Virus record (IMG/VR): IMGVR_UViG_3300033067_001362
Span: 1 to 32,814 of that record
Strand: one strand, 5' to 3'
Origin: a virus
Lineage: Duplodnaviria; Caudoviricetes
Length of the DNA: 32,814 bases
Shown: piece by piece, positions 8,171 to 16,073 of the stretch
How the letters are laid out: every line of letters begins with the position of its first letter
Position numbering within the stretch: position 1 is the stretch's first letter
Made by a program: the position numbers and the translations under genes
Notes under the pieces: generated by a model
Told to the model about the DNA's origin: nothing
Seen by the model: the letters and a program-made list of their open reading frames with translations, nothing else
Database searches by the model: none

Positions 8171-8416
8171 ATGCGCAAGCGTGGACGCCCACAGGCCGAG
8201 GTGCGCGCCGTGGTGGTGGTGATCAAGCTCACACTCCGGCCCGGCCGAGATAGCGACCTGATCGCTATGTTCCGCAACACCACCCGCGGCCAGCGCCAGC
8301 GCATGGTGATGGGTGCGCTGCGCGGCCGGCCGCAGGCGAATGCAGCGAACGCGGCGAATGAACCACAAGGTGATGATGCCGGTGATGCCGGGTCTCTGGC
8401 CGGCATGTTGATGTGA
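8171..8416 (+). CDS. Small DNA-binding protein, ParR-like adaptor candidate
   Basis: Directly after parM; basic N-terminus, beta-strand plus helices (IKLTLRPGRDSDLIAMF), acidic flexible tail. Confidence 0.55.
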   Translation: MRKRGRPQAEVRAVVVVIKLTLRPGRDSDLIAMFRNTTRGQRQRMVMGALRGRPQANAANAANEPQGDDAGDAGSLAGMLM

Positions 8417-8429
8417 GGTGAGGTGAGTG

Positions 8430-8807
8430 ATGGAAGTCACAGTGAAACTGACGAGTGCTGCGACGGCGGTCGTGTGCCTCGTGTTTGCGGCAATCGTTGC
8501 GCCCTACGTCGATCAGACGACCTTTGCGTTGCTGGGCGGCACGTTCATCGGCCTGCTGGTCGGCGTGCCGACGGTGCTGCTTGTGGCGCTGATTGGTCGC
8601 CGCCGCGGTCAAGACGAAGCGCAGCATTCGACTCCAACGACCCATGTGCACCACACACACGCGCACGAGCACGTGATTGTCGTGGTTGACGCGGGCGCGA
8701 GCCGCTACGACAAGTGCCAGGCGATCCGCGCGCTAAAGCCGGGTATTTCGATCAGGCGCGCCGAGCAGCTGCTGCTTGAGGGCAAGGTGCAAGTGGTGGA
8801 ACAGTAA
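8430..8807 (+). CDS. Two-TM membrane protein with His-rich linker
   Basis: Two hydrophobic segments; THVHHTHAHEH. Confidence 0.65.
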   Translation: MEVTVKLTSAATAVVCLVFAAIVAPYVDQTTFALLGGTFIGLLVGVPTVLLVALIGRRRGQDEAQHSTPTTHVHHTHAHEHVIVVVDAGASRYDKCQAIRALKPGISIRRAEQLLLEGKVQVVEQ

Positions 8808-9344
8808 ATGCGCAACGTGTTGGCGTTCGTCATCCTGCTCGTCCTGCTCATCCTGCCGGCACTCGCGGCCTGTTCGTCTGGGCCGACGTCGGGCGAGATG
8901 CGCAGCCAGGCAGCCGGCATGCGCGCCCAGGCGGATAGTCTGGCCACGGCGGCAGTGCAGCGATCTGTCGTCGAGACACAGCAGGCATATCGGCCGCCGA
9001 CGTCGACGCCCATCCCGACGCCAACGTTGGTGCCGACGGCCACACCTGAGCCAAGCAGCACACCATTGCCGCCGGCAACGCCCATTCCGACAACAGAACC
9101 GAAAGTGATCACGCAGATCGTGGTGCTCACGGCGACACCGGCAGCGCCGCTATTCACCCGCGACGAGCAGCGACGCTTTGTGCTGACCGGCGTGTTGATC
9201 GTCGTGCTGCTGGTGGTCGGGGCGGGAATGATTGGGCTGGTGCTATTCGCCACGCGCAGGATGTTCGGCGGCCGCGTGTTCTTTCTGCCGAGTGAGCCAA
9301 GTGAGCCGAGTCAGCCAAATAGGCGACGGAGTAAGAAGCCATGA
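8808..9344 (+). CDS. Putative lipoprotein with Pro/Thr linker and C-terminal TM helix
   Basis: Signal peptide ending in lipobox LAAC; PTSTPIPTPT repeats; second hydrophobic helix. Confidence 0.7.
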   Translation: MRNVLAFVILLVLLILPALAACSSGPTSGEMRSQAAGMRAQADSLATAAVQRSVVETQQAYRPPTSTPIPTPTLVPTATPEPSSTPLPPATPIPTTEPKVITQIVVLTATPAAPLFTRDEQRRFVLTGVLIVVLLVVGAGMIGLVLFATRRMFGGRVFFLPSEPSEPSQPNRRRSKKP

Positions 9345-10192
9345 CGACGACAACCACAAATGTGGATTCGGTGACCAGCCGGGCGATCTGGGTAGCGCTC
9401 CTGGCCGTGGGCCTGTCTATCGGCCTGGCCATCATCCTGATCGTCATTGGCGCCATCACGGGTGATCCGATTTGGAACTACGGCGCGGCGGCCGCGGTCA
9501 TCGGCTCGATCATCTTTGCCATCATCTATCCCTCGCGTGTGTTCGACGCCGAGCGCCGCGAGCATCACTCGAAGGATCACAAGCGGATCGACGCAGAGGT
9601 CGAAGTTGTCCGGGAGCGCGCACGGGCGCTTGGTGCGCGGGCCGACTACTACGACGCCCGAACGAAGGTCCTGAACGGGCCAAAGCCGCAAAGCTATACG
9701 GCCATCTCGGCCCCGCAACCCTTGCCGCGGCGCGACGTCATCGACCAGCAAGCCGATGACTTGCGCGCAGTCATGCGGGCGACCACCGGCGCGACCGGCG
9801 CGCCAAAGTCAGTGACCAGCGTCGGCGCAGCCAGCGACCTCGACGAGGTTGAGTTGGACCCGCCGTCGTATGTCCAGCGCGCCACGCAGTCGGGTGAGTC
9901 GATCACCGATCACCAGGCGCGCATCATGCAGCTTGGCACCTTGATCACGCGGCAGGTAAGGGACAAGGGTTTCAACCCACGCCAGGAAGTGATCAAGCAG
10001 TTGATCGAGATGCGGCCGGGCGGGCTACTCCGCTCAAACGGCGACATCACTGAAGCGCTCAACTATCTGGCCTCGCTCGTGCCGCCGCTGGTAACGCCAT
10101 CGGTTGCGCCTGGCCAGCGCCGATATTTTCTCGATGGGGAAGGGAAACCGATTATCTTCCCGGAGCGTAAGAGTGTGACCAAGAGCAGGTGA
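9341..10192 (+). CDS. Membrane protein (2 N-terminal TMs, coiled region, C-terminal globular domain)
   Basis: Two hydrophobic helices; ATGA coupling. Confidence 0.7.
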   Translation: MTTTTTNVDSVTSRAIWVALLAVGLSIGLAIILIVIGAITGDPIWNYGAAAAVIGSIIFAIIYPSRVFDAERREHHSKDHKRIDAEVEVVRERARALGARADYYDARTKVLNGPKPQSYTAISAPQPLPRRDVIDQQADDLRAVMRATTGATGAPKSVTSVGAASDLDEVELDPPSYVQRATQSGESITDHQARIMQLGTLITRQVRDKGFNPRQEVIKQLIEMRPGGLLRSNGDITEALNYLASLVPPLVTPSVAPGQRRYFLDGEGKPIIFPERKSVTKSR

Positions 10193-10333
10193 CACCCGCG
10201 CCCGCCCGCACGCGCAAGAGAGTGGGGTGATGCCGCCCCACTCCCCCACCGAAAGAGGGGTCGCAAATCGCCAAAAGCGCTCCCGTGGTAGGTGGGCTCC
10301 CCGTGGGTGGGCTCCCCACGGTGGGGCGGGTAT

Positions 10334-10384
10334 TTATTTGGCACCAATAATTCGGGCTTCTGAATTATTTGGCACCAATAATTC
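10334..10384. repeat. Two 20-bp AT-rich direct repeats, each quasi-palindromic
   Basis: TTATTTGGCACCAATAATTC at 10334-10353 and 10365-10384. Confidence 0.85.
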
Positions 10385-10497
10385 AGGTCAGAAGTTGGGA
10401 TATGTGAGGGGCGACCAACTGGTCGCCGTGTTTGCATAACAGACAACCTGATACGTGTGTGTGATTCTCGGCTTTTAGGTGGAAACTCAGGGTTGTG

Positions 10498-10537
10498 TGA
10501 CAAAATGTCAGACTTGACTCTTGACAAGCTGTCAAGA
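10498..10537. promoter_or_regulatory. Pair of palindromic operator-like sites
   Basis: TGACA-AAA-TGTCA (10498-10510) and TCTTGACA-AGC-TGTCAAGA (10519-10537). Confidence 0.7.
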
Positions 10538-10624
10538 CTATCGTTCACTATGGCGCACTAGCAGTTGCTAGTTTTTGCTTGCTTATGCAGTCAATGGTGA
10601 TTCATCGAGATTTTGAGCAAGGGT

Positions 10625-10969
10625 ATGACACATAACACCGGCAGGAGAAAGCCCGAAGGCAAGTCGAACCAGGCTGAACAGCTGGTTACTGTTGCGGTTC
10701 CGCTCCGTTGGGAAGAGCCGGACGATGTAAAGACCACATACGCCAATCAGGTTTACGTGACTCATGCCGGACCTGAGTTTTACTTGGTATTCGGTGAGAT
10801 GCGCCTGCCTCACGCCGTTGAAAAGCCGCCAGAAGAGATACCGGTCAAGGTTGTTTCGCGCGTTGCACTCACCCCAGAGATTATGGAGCAGTTGCTGGCA
10901 ATCGTTGAGGAAAACTACGGCAACTATCAACGCAAGCAAGAGCTAAGAGAACAGGGGGAAAACAAGTGA
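10625..10969 (+). CDS. DUF3467-like protein
   Basis: TTYANQVYV...EFYLVFG...VVSRVALTP...EENYGNY pattern. Confidence 0.6.
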   Translation: MTHNTGRRKPEGKSNQAEQLVTVAVPLRWEEPDDVKTTYANQVYVTHAGPEFYLVFGEMRLPHAVEKPPEEIPVKVVSRVALTPEIMEQLLAIVEENYGNYQRKQELREQGENK

Positions 10970-11454
10970 CACAGACATTGCCTTGGGAGTTCGATCCAAA
11001 CGCATATACACAGCATCCGCCGCCATCCCGACAGCAGGGTGGTCGATTGAGTCGCGGTCAAGTGCGAAGATGGTCCAGCGGGCCCAGCGAGCGATTAACT
11101 CTTGAAGCCGCTGATGTAAGCTCTGGGCGCGACTGGTTGTCATTAGCTGTCGACTCTCATGTTCTTGTTGATCTGAGGAATGTAATCCCCATTGCGTTGA
11201 AATATCCGGGATACATCTTCACAAAGGCGGTTCCCATTCAGGTCGGGCGTGAAGAAGATAAGGTCAGCGTGATGGCTGAAGATTGGAACGCCTTCGGTTT
11301 GGGTGATTCGTTGATCGAAGCCTTGAGCGATCTAGCTAGCATGCTGGTTGATAGGCTTGAGTATCTCGAATCTTCAGAGAGCAGCTTGTCTAGGCATTTG
11401 TTGGGCGAGCTTGCTGAACTGCGCGCTCTCATCAAACCCGAAAATAACCGCTAG
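10966..11454 (+). CDS. HicB-like antitoxin-fold protein
   Basis: C-terminal VSVMAEDWNAFGLGDSLIEALSDLASML resembles the HicB partial RNase H fold. Confidence 0.55.
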   Translation: MTQTLPWEFDPNAYTQHPPPSRQQGGRLSRGQVRRWSSGPSERLTLEAADVSSGRDWLSLAVDSHVLVDLRNVIPIALKYPGYIFTKAVPIQVGREEDKVSVMAEDWNAFGLGDSLIEALSDLASMLVDRLEYLESSESSLSRHLLGELAELRALIKPENNR

Positions 11455-11475
11455 ATCATTTCCCATCGTCGACCC

Positions 11476-11757
11476 ATGCCCAAGCCAAAACGAGAGATAC
11501 GTCGATGCCTGCTAGGCAAGTTTAGGTTTGATGAGGTTCCCGGTTCTAAGCATGAAGCGGTATCCCTGAAGATTGGTGACAAGATCGTCGCCACAACACG
11601 ATTTTCCCGATCGCATGTTGAGATATCCGACCAGCTTATGACCTTGGTGGCACGCCAAATTCATGTGAACCTAACGCAATTCAAGCGCATGTATGAATGC
11701 ACGATCAGTAGGGACGAATACCTTGCAATCCTGAAGGAAAGTGGTCGCTTAGAGTAG
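11476..11757 (+). CDS. HicA-like toxin (dsRBD-fold mRNase)
   Basis: 93 aa, basic; GSKH motif; EISDQLMTLVARQIHVNLTQF C-terminal helices. Confidence 0.6.
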   Translation: MPKPKREIRRCLLGKFRFDEVPGSKHEAVSLKIGDKIVATTRFSRSHVEISDQLMTLVARQIHVNLTQFKRMYECTISRDEYLAILKESGRLE

Positions 11758-11778
11758 CGGTCATCAGACGCAAAACGC

Positions 11779-11807
11779 AAGCCCGGCCACCTGCCGGGCT
11801 TTTTGTT
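11779..11807 (+). terminator. Intrinsic terminator closing the cassette
   Basis: AAGCCCGGC-CACCT-GCCGGGCTT then TTTGTT. Confidence 0.85.
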
Positions 11808-12001
11808 GCCTCGGCATTTCCACAGAAATGTAATCAGCCTGCGGCCTGACATGCAGGCCTGTGTGTAGGACATCCGTTCTGCTACGACTATCGAGGCAGC
11901 ACGTCGGATTTATCTCCTCGTCACGGCGTGCTCACGTGGAATGGGGATGTCCGGCGCTGGTGGTGTGGGGACTGCCAGTGCCGGTGCCCGAACAAACCTG
12001 C

Positions 12002-12244
12002 ATGTCGCAAGCGTCGCCGACCTCACCGGCTTCACCGGCCTCCGCCGACCTCACCGTTACCCCGCTCAACGACATCGAGCGCGAGCTGGTGCGCAATCTT
12101 CTTGGGGGCATGCGCAGACTCGCTCGTCGTGGCATCCAAGTGCAGTTTGAGTGGTGCAAGGTCCGACGAGCACCGCGCGCCCGCTCGCAGACGATGCTGA
12201 TTGAACTCGATCCTGCGACGTTTGATGACATGGCTATTGACTGA
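12002..12244 (+). CDS. Small hypothetical protein upstream of the late leader
   Basis: ATG at 12002; GC3-rich codons. Confidence 0.45.
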   Translation: MSQASPTSPASPASADLTVTPLNDIERELVRNLLGGMRRLARRGIQVQFEWCKVRRAPRARSQTMLIELDPATFDDMAID

Positions 12245-12295
12245 GCGCGCAGGCATATAATCACCCTTACAAGTTAACAGCCGGCCAGCAGTATT

Positions 12296-12346
12296 GCGGC
12301 GGCAATCTCAAGACTCAGGTCTGAGGTTGCCGCCGCTTTTGCTTTT
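12296..12346 (+). terminator. Leader terminator/attenuator before the lysis genes
   Basis: GCGGCGGCAATCTC...GAGGTTGCCGCCGC plus TTTTGCTTTT, ~35 nt after TATAAT (12256-12261). Confidence 0.75.
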
Positions 12347-12358
12347 CCGGCTCCGCAT

Positions 12359-12592
12359 ATGAAGGTCTTTCACTCGATCACTGTCCAACTGCTTGTGCAG
12401 CAAACGAGCGCTGATCCGTTTGGCAACGACGCCGACGACGCCCGCGCGCTAATCGAGCGCACGGTTGGCGCAGCGTGCGAGTTGCTGTCGGCGGCAGCTG
12501 GACGTGAGACGCGAGTGAAGGCCATTGTCGTGAATCCGGTGCGGATATTAGAGCCGCAGCCGGCTTCCGAGGAGCAGAAGCATGACTCTTGA
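12359..12592 (+). CDS. Hypothetical protein
   Basis: First ORF after the leader; overlaps the holin-like start. Confidence 0.5.
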   Translation: MKVFHSITVQLLVQQTSADPFGNDADDARALIERTVGAACELLSAAAGRETRVKAIVVNPVRILEPQPASEEQKHDS

Positions 12593-12959
12593 CCTACTCA
12601 CCGCCGGTGGCCTCACGGCCGCGTTCAGCACGCTGCTTGCGCTCGTGTTCATCCTGATCGAGCCGGCGCGCGCATGGTTCGAAGCCAAAAGCGCCGAAAG
12701 CCAGCAAGCAATCACCGGCGTCGGCATCCTCGTGATTGCTGCGGCCGCTGTAGGCCTGGGGTGCGCCGGCGTGATCACGCTCGTGCCCTGCACCGTTAAA
12801 GGCATCGGCGACTACTTCATCGGTGTCGTGTTTGCCGCGGTGCTCGGCGATCGCGTATCGAAGGGTTGGTTCGCGGCGGCGCGGTATTTCTCCGACCGCA
12901 AAGACCGTGAACGTGGTTTTACCAACGGACCGAAGGGCATCGGGAAGCTGCTGGGCTGA
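12582..12959 (+). CDS. Holin-like membrane protein
   Basis: Three hydrophobic segments and a charged C-tail; upstream of lysin candidates. Confidence 0.6.
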   Translation: MTLDLLTAGGLTAAFSTLLALVFILIEPARAWFEAKSAESQQAITGVGILVIAAAAVGLGCAGVITLVPCTVKGIGDYFIGVVFAAVLGDRVSKGWFAAARYFSDRKDRERGFTNGPKGIGKLLG

Positions 12960-13008
12960 CACCTAGCAGCCTTTAGCGTCGACACACACGCGAAAGGGCA
13001 GATATAGC

Positions 13009-13233
13009 GTGGACGCAAGCACCTTAAGCACCATCTCCATTCTGATCAACTTCGTGCTCATCATCGTCGTTGCGGGCTTTGGGTATTTCGTGAAGTCGGC
13101 CGTCAGGGACCTGGCGCAAACGATTGCCACGATGACCAAGCCTCAGGAAAAGCAGATCGAGTTGCTTCAGAAGTTAGTGACCCGCGTCGAGGTGATCAAC
13201 GCGCGGGTGGGTAACCCGGACCCAAACGAATAA
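13009..13233 (+). CDS. Single-TM protein with coiled coil (holin/lysis accessory); zero-frame product
   Basis: N-terminal TM ISILINFVLIIVVAGFGYFV followed by heptads. Confidence 0.7.
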   Translation: MDASTLSTISILINFVLIIVVAGFGYFVKSAVRDLAQTIATMTKPQEKQIELLQKLVTRVEVINARVGNPDPNE

Positions 13234-13469
13234 GGGCACGCCGGAGACAAGCGGCGCCGGCGCGCCTGCTGCGCAATCTGGTCGAACTATTCGACATCGA
13301 TGCTCTCAGAGTGCTGGCCAGCGAATTGGGAGCCGCAATGGATGAGATCCCCGGCGAGACGGTCATGCCCTACGCGGCCAACCTCGTCGAGTGGGCAGAG
13401 CGCAACAACAAACTCTACGACATGACGGTCAAGGTGGTCCACCACCGGCCGGATGCGAAGTGGGACTAG
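13009..13469 (+). CDS. Predicted -1 frameshift product (~153 aa): TM-coiled coil fused to an EAD-like (effector-associated, Death-like) domain
   Basis: The -1 frame reads ...LLRNLVELFDIDALRVLASELGAAMDEIPGETVMPYAANLVEWAERNNKLYDMTVKVVHHRPDAKWD*, with no canonical start before the domain. Confidence 0.6.
13221..13267 (+). promoter_or_regulatory. Programmed -1 frameshift signal
   Basis: C_CCA_AAC heptamer in the correct phase, 6-nt spacer, 11-bp stem GGGCACGCCGG/CCGGCGCGCCT with one mismatch. Confidence 0.6.
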
Positions 13470-13495
13470 ACGTGGGATTAGACGTGGGACTAGAC
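13460..13495 (+). repeat. Tandem 12-bp repeat x3
   Basis: GTGGGA(C/T)TAGAC x3 immediately before the lysin ATG. Confidence 0.9.
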
Positions 13496-13496
13496 G

Positions 13497-14687
13497 ATGG
13501 CACGATACAAAGTTTCTCCAATTGACGGCGTGAACCTCCGGCGCACACCCGAGGCACTCGCCGACCTGTCCAACCGCGAGGACACGCTCTTGTTCGGCAC
13601 TGAGTTCGACGCGGCGCCGGTGAAGGGCAAGCCCGACTGGCTGCAGCTCGCAGTCGAGCGCACCGTCGGCGGCGTGCGCACGGCGCGCAGCCCGCTGACC
13701 GTATATGCCATGGCGCGGTATTGCGCCGACATCACGCCAACCACACCGCCGCCGCCAACGCCAACGCCGGCCGCGTCGTTTCGACTTGGCCTGAACGTGA
13801 TGCAAAACACGCATCTGGCCCAGGCCGAAGCCGCGCGCGGCTGCCCTTACTTCCTCGTCATGAACGACTACGGCGGGGCAGAGGGGCTGGCGGTGAATAA
13901 CCCCGACAAGACGATCATGGCCCGGCGCTACATCGAGCATCGAGGCGGCATCACTGTCGACCAGATGATCAACCTCATGGAGGGCGCGCGCCATCGGCGC
14001 CTGGTGTATCACGGCCTCAACGAGAACGACCAGCTGAGCGACCGCGGCGCTGACCTCGTCGAGCGCGCGCGCTTCGATGTGGAAGTGGCCAAGCGTGTGC
14101 AGCAGCTCAATGCCGACAAGCCAGAAGCCGATCGGCCACGCTATGCAGCGGGCACCTTCAGCGTCGGCTGCCCGGACTTCACCAACCCGGAGACGGTGCG
14201 GATCATCAAAGAGATTTACGCGCCGGCCTACAACGCCGGGTTGCTCGGCTTCGACATGCATCTGTATTCGCCAAACATGGCGAACGTCGACAAACCGGCC
14301 GAGTGGAAGTGGTACGAGCGCCGCTGGGAATGGCTGTTCACCGCCTGCGGATTCAACCCGGCCATCCGCGCCATTTACTGCAGCGAATGTGGCGTCGACG
14401 AGATGGGCGTCGGCGGCTTTGTGGCGCACAAGGCGACCAGTGACCAGGTGCTCGACTGGTCGCGCAAATACATCGACCTTCAGCAGCAGCCGCTCATCGT
14501 CAACGGCGTGAAGTATGCGTCGCCCATCATCGGCGGCGCGATCTTCCAGCTGGGTGGCAATGGCGACCCGCGCTGGGGCGGCTACGAGATGAACGGCTAT
14601 CTGCCAGCTGTGCGCCAGGTGTATCAGGGTGCACGTTCGATCAGCCGTCGGATTGGCGTGCGCAAGACGGGGAGGGCGAAGGGATGA
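13497..14687 (+). CDS. Putative endolysin: SH3b-like domain, Pro/Thr linker, clan GH-A-like TIM-barrel glycoside hydrolase
   Basis: DGVNLRRTP N-terminus; PTTPPPPTPTP linker; GLNE, MHLY and SECG motifs; lysis position. Confidence 0.6.
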   Translation: MARYKVSPIDGVNLRRTPEALADLSNREDTLLFGTEFDAAPVKGKPDWLQLAVERTVGGVRTARSPLTVYAMARYCADITPTTPPPPTPTPAASFRLGLNVMQNTHLAQAEAARGCPYFLVMNDYGGAEGLAVNNPDKTIMARRYIEHRGGITVDQMINLMEGARHRRLVYHGLNENDQLSDRGADLVERARFDVEVAKRVQQLNADKPEADRPRYAAGTFSVGCPDFTNPETVRIIKEIYAPAYNAGLLGFDMHLYSPNMANVDKPAEWKWYERRWEWLFTACGFNPAIRAIYCSECGVDEMGVGGFVAHKATSDQVLDWSRKYIDLQQQPLIVNGVKYASPIIGGAIFQLGGNGDPRWGGYEMNGYLPAVRQVYQGARSISRRIGVRKTGRAKG

Positions 14688-15163
14688 AGTTTCAGCGGCG
14701 AAACCCGGTCATTGTCGAAGCCGTGCAGTGGTTTAAGGAAGGCGATCACCCGGATGTGACGGTGCGCCATCCTGAGATCGTTTTTAGTCAAGATGGCGCA
14801 TTGTTCTACGTGTCGTCGGTGGATGACGCATGCAGGCCCAAGTTTTGGATGCCAGTCGATGAGTCGTCTTTCAGGGTTGACGAAGTGCTCCCGTTTGCAT
14901 TTTGGAAGGTTAGAAGCGGAGAAGTAGTTTTGGCCGACACACGTCCAGACCTATATGTCAGGTATTGGAAGCGCGCCGGTTGGGAGCACACACCTAAAAC
15001 GCTGGCGTATGTGAAGTATCGCAGTGAACCGGTGTGGGTCGAGCCGGGAATGTGGATTGTTCAAAGCGGCAGCGAGGTTTTCGCGCTAATTGATTCTGTT
15101 TTTAACGCTGCATATGAGCCTGCGCCCGTTGAGATTCATTCGCCAGCGGAGGTGGGCGCGTGA
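14684..15163 (+). CDS. Conserved phage protein (PVIVEAVQW...PGMWIV...F..AYEP type)
   Basis: Recognisable terminal motifs; lower-GC central part. Confidence 0.6.
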   Translation: MKFQRRNPVIVEAVQWFKEGDHPDVTVRHPEIVFSQDGALFYVSSVDDACRPKFWMPVDESSFRVDEVLPFAFWKVRSGEVVLADTRPDLYVRYWKRAGWEHTPKTLAYVKYRSEPVWVEPGMWIVQSGSEVFALIDSVFNAAYEPAPVEIHSPAEVGA

Positions 15164-15486
15164 GCGAATACAACACTCAAAGTGTCCGTGGCCGGATGCT
15201 GGCCAATATCGACGAGTGGCTGCAGGCCGGCCGGCCGGGGGATTGGTGCTTTGCCGAGACTGTGTCAGGTATCCCCCTGCTTCATGTCTGGATCCCAGAC
15301 GGCACGGAGCAGGGCGCGCCACACGGCTTGCATCTCAACGCGACCGATAGCGGTGGCCCGTTCTGGCAGTGGGACGGCAATCGCGAAGCACCAACGCTTG
15401 AGCCGTCGATCCTGCGTCATCCGCACCGTGATCGGCCTGGCTGGCATGGCCATATGCGCCAAGGAGAGTTGGTGGCGAAGGGCTGA
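15160..15486 (+). CDS. DUF6527-like protein
   Basis: WQWDGNREAPTLEPSI...WHGHMRQG motif. Confidence 0.6.
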   Translation: MSEYNTQSVRGRMLANIDEWLQAGRPGDWCFAETVSGIPLLHVWIPDGTEQGAPHGLHLNATDSGGPFWQWDGNREAPTLEPSILRHPHRDRPGWHGHMRQGELVAKG

Positions 15487-16055
15487 TGTGCCTGATTCAG
15501 ACGCTCGACGTGCTCGGCCAGCGCGACCCCCGCTGGAAGGCCGAGATTCTCGGCAACAACACCGACAAGCGCTACACCATCGGCGGCTGGGGCTGCCTCA
15601 TCACTTCCATCGGCATGATGTTTGGCGCGACGCCGTCGGCCGTGAACGCCGCCATGAAGCCAGGCGGCTTTGTGGCCGGGGAAGGGGCACTGGCCACGTT
15701 CGACGTGAAGCGTTTCATGCCAGGCGCGCCGGCGCTCATCCGCTCGACGGCCACGTATCGCAGTGTGCCATTCCCCGCTAGCGAAATCACGGCCGTGCTG
15801 GCGCATCTGAAGAGCGGCCGGCCAGCGGTGATCGAGGTCGACATGCTGCCGTTCCCGCGCAACCGCGTATTCGACCAGCATTTCGTGCTTGGCGTCGGCG
15901 TGATTGGCACGCCCGGCAATGAGCAGATCGTGATCAACGACCCGTGGCCAATTGACCCGGCCCGCGGTCGATATGGTGAGCAGCTGCTGCTGTGTCCGCT
16001 GTATGGCAACACGCTGGCGGCCGCGCTCACCCGAGTTATTTACTACGCGAAATAG
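15486..16055 (+). CDS. Papain-like C39-family peptidase (second lysin candidate)
   Basis: Q-x-D-P-R-W, TIGGWGCLITS (Cys), QHFVL (His), INDPW (Asp). Confidence 0.8.
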   Translation: MCLIQTLDVLGQRDPRWKAEILGNNTDKRYTIGGWGCLITSIGMMFGATPSAVNAAMKPGGFVAGEGALATFDVKRFMPGAPALIRSTATYRSVPFPASEITAVLAHLKSGRPAVIEVDMLPFPRNRVFDQHFVLGVGVIGTPGNEQIVINDPWPIDPARGRYGEQLLLCPLYGNTLAAALTRVIYYAK

Positions 16056-16073
16056 AGACCTGGAGGTAAAGAC

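Noticed and set aside
10334-10384. Sigma54 promoter (TGGCAC) or CRISPR repeats
   Set aside because: The -12 position reads TC rather than GC; only two copies with an 11-nt gap
13460-13495. Possible mini-CRISPR array
   Set aside because: Directly tandem 12-mers with no spacers; no cas genes in the window
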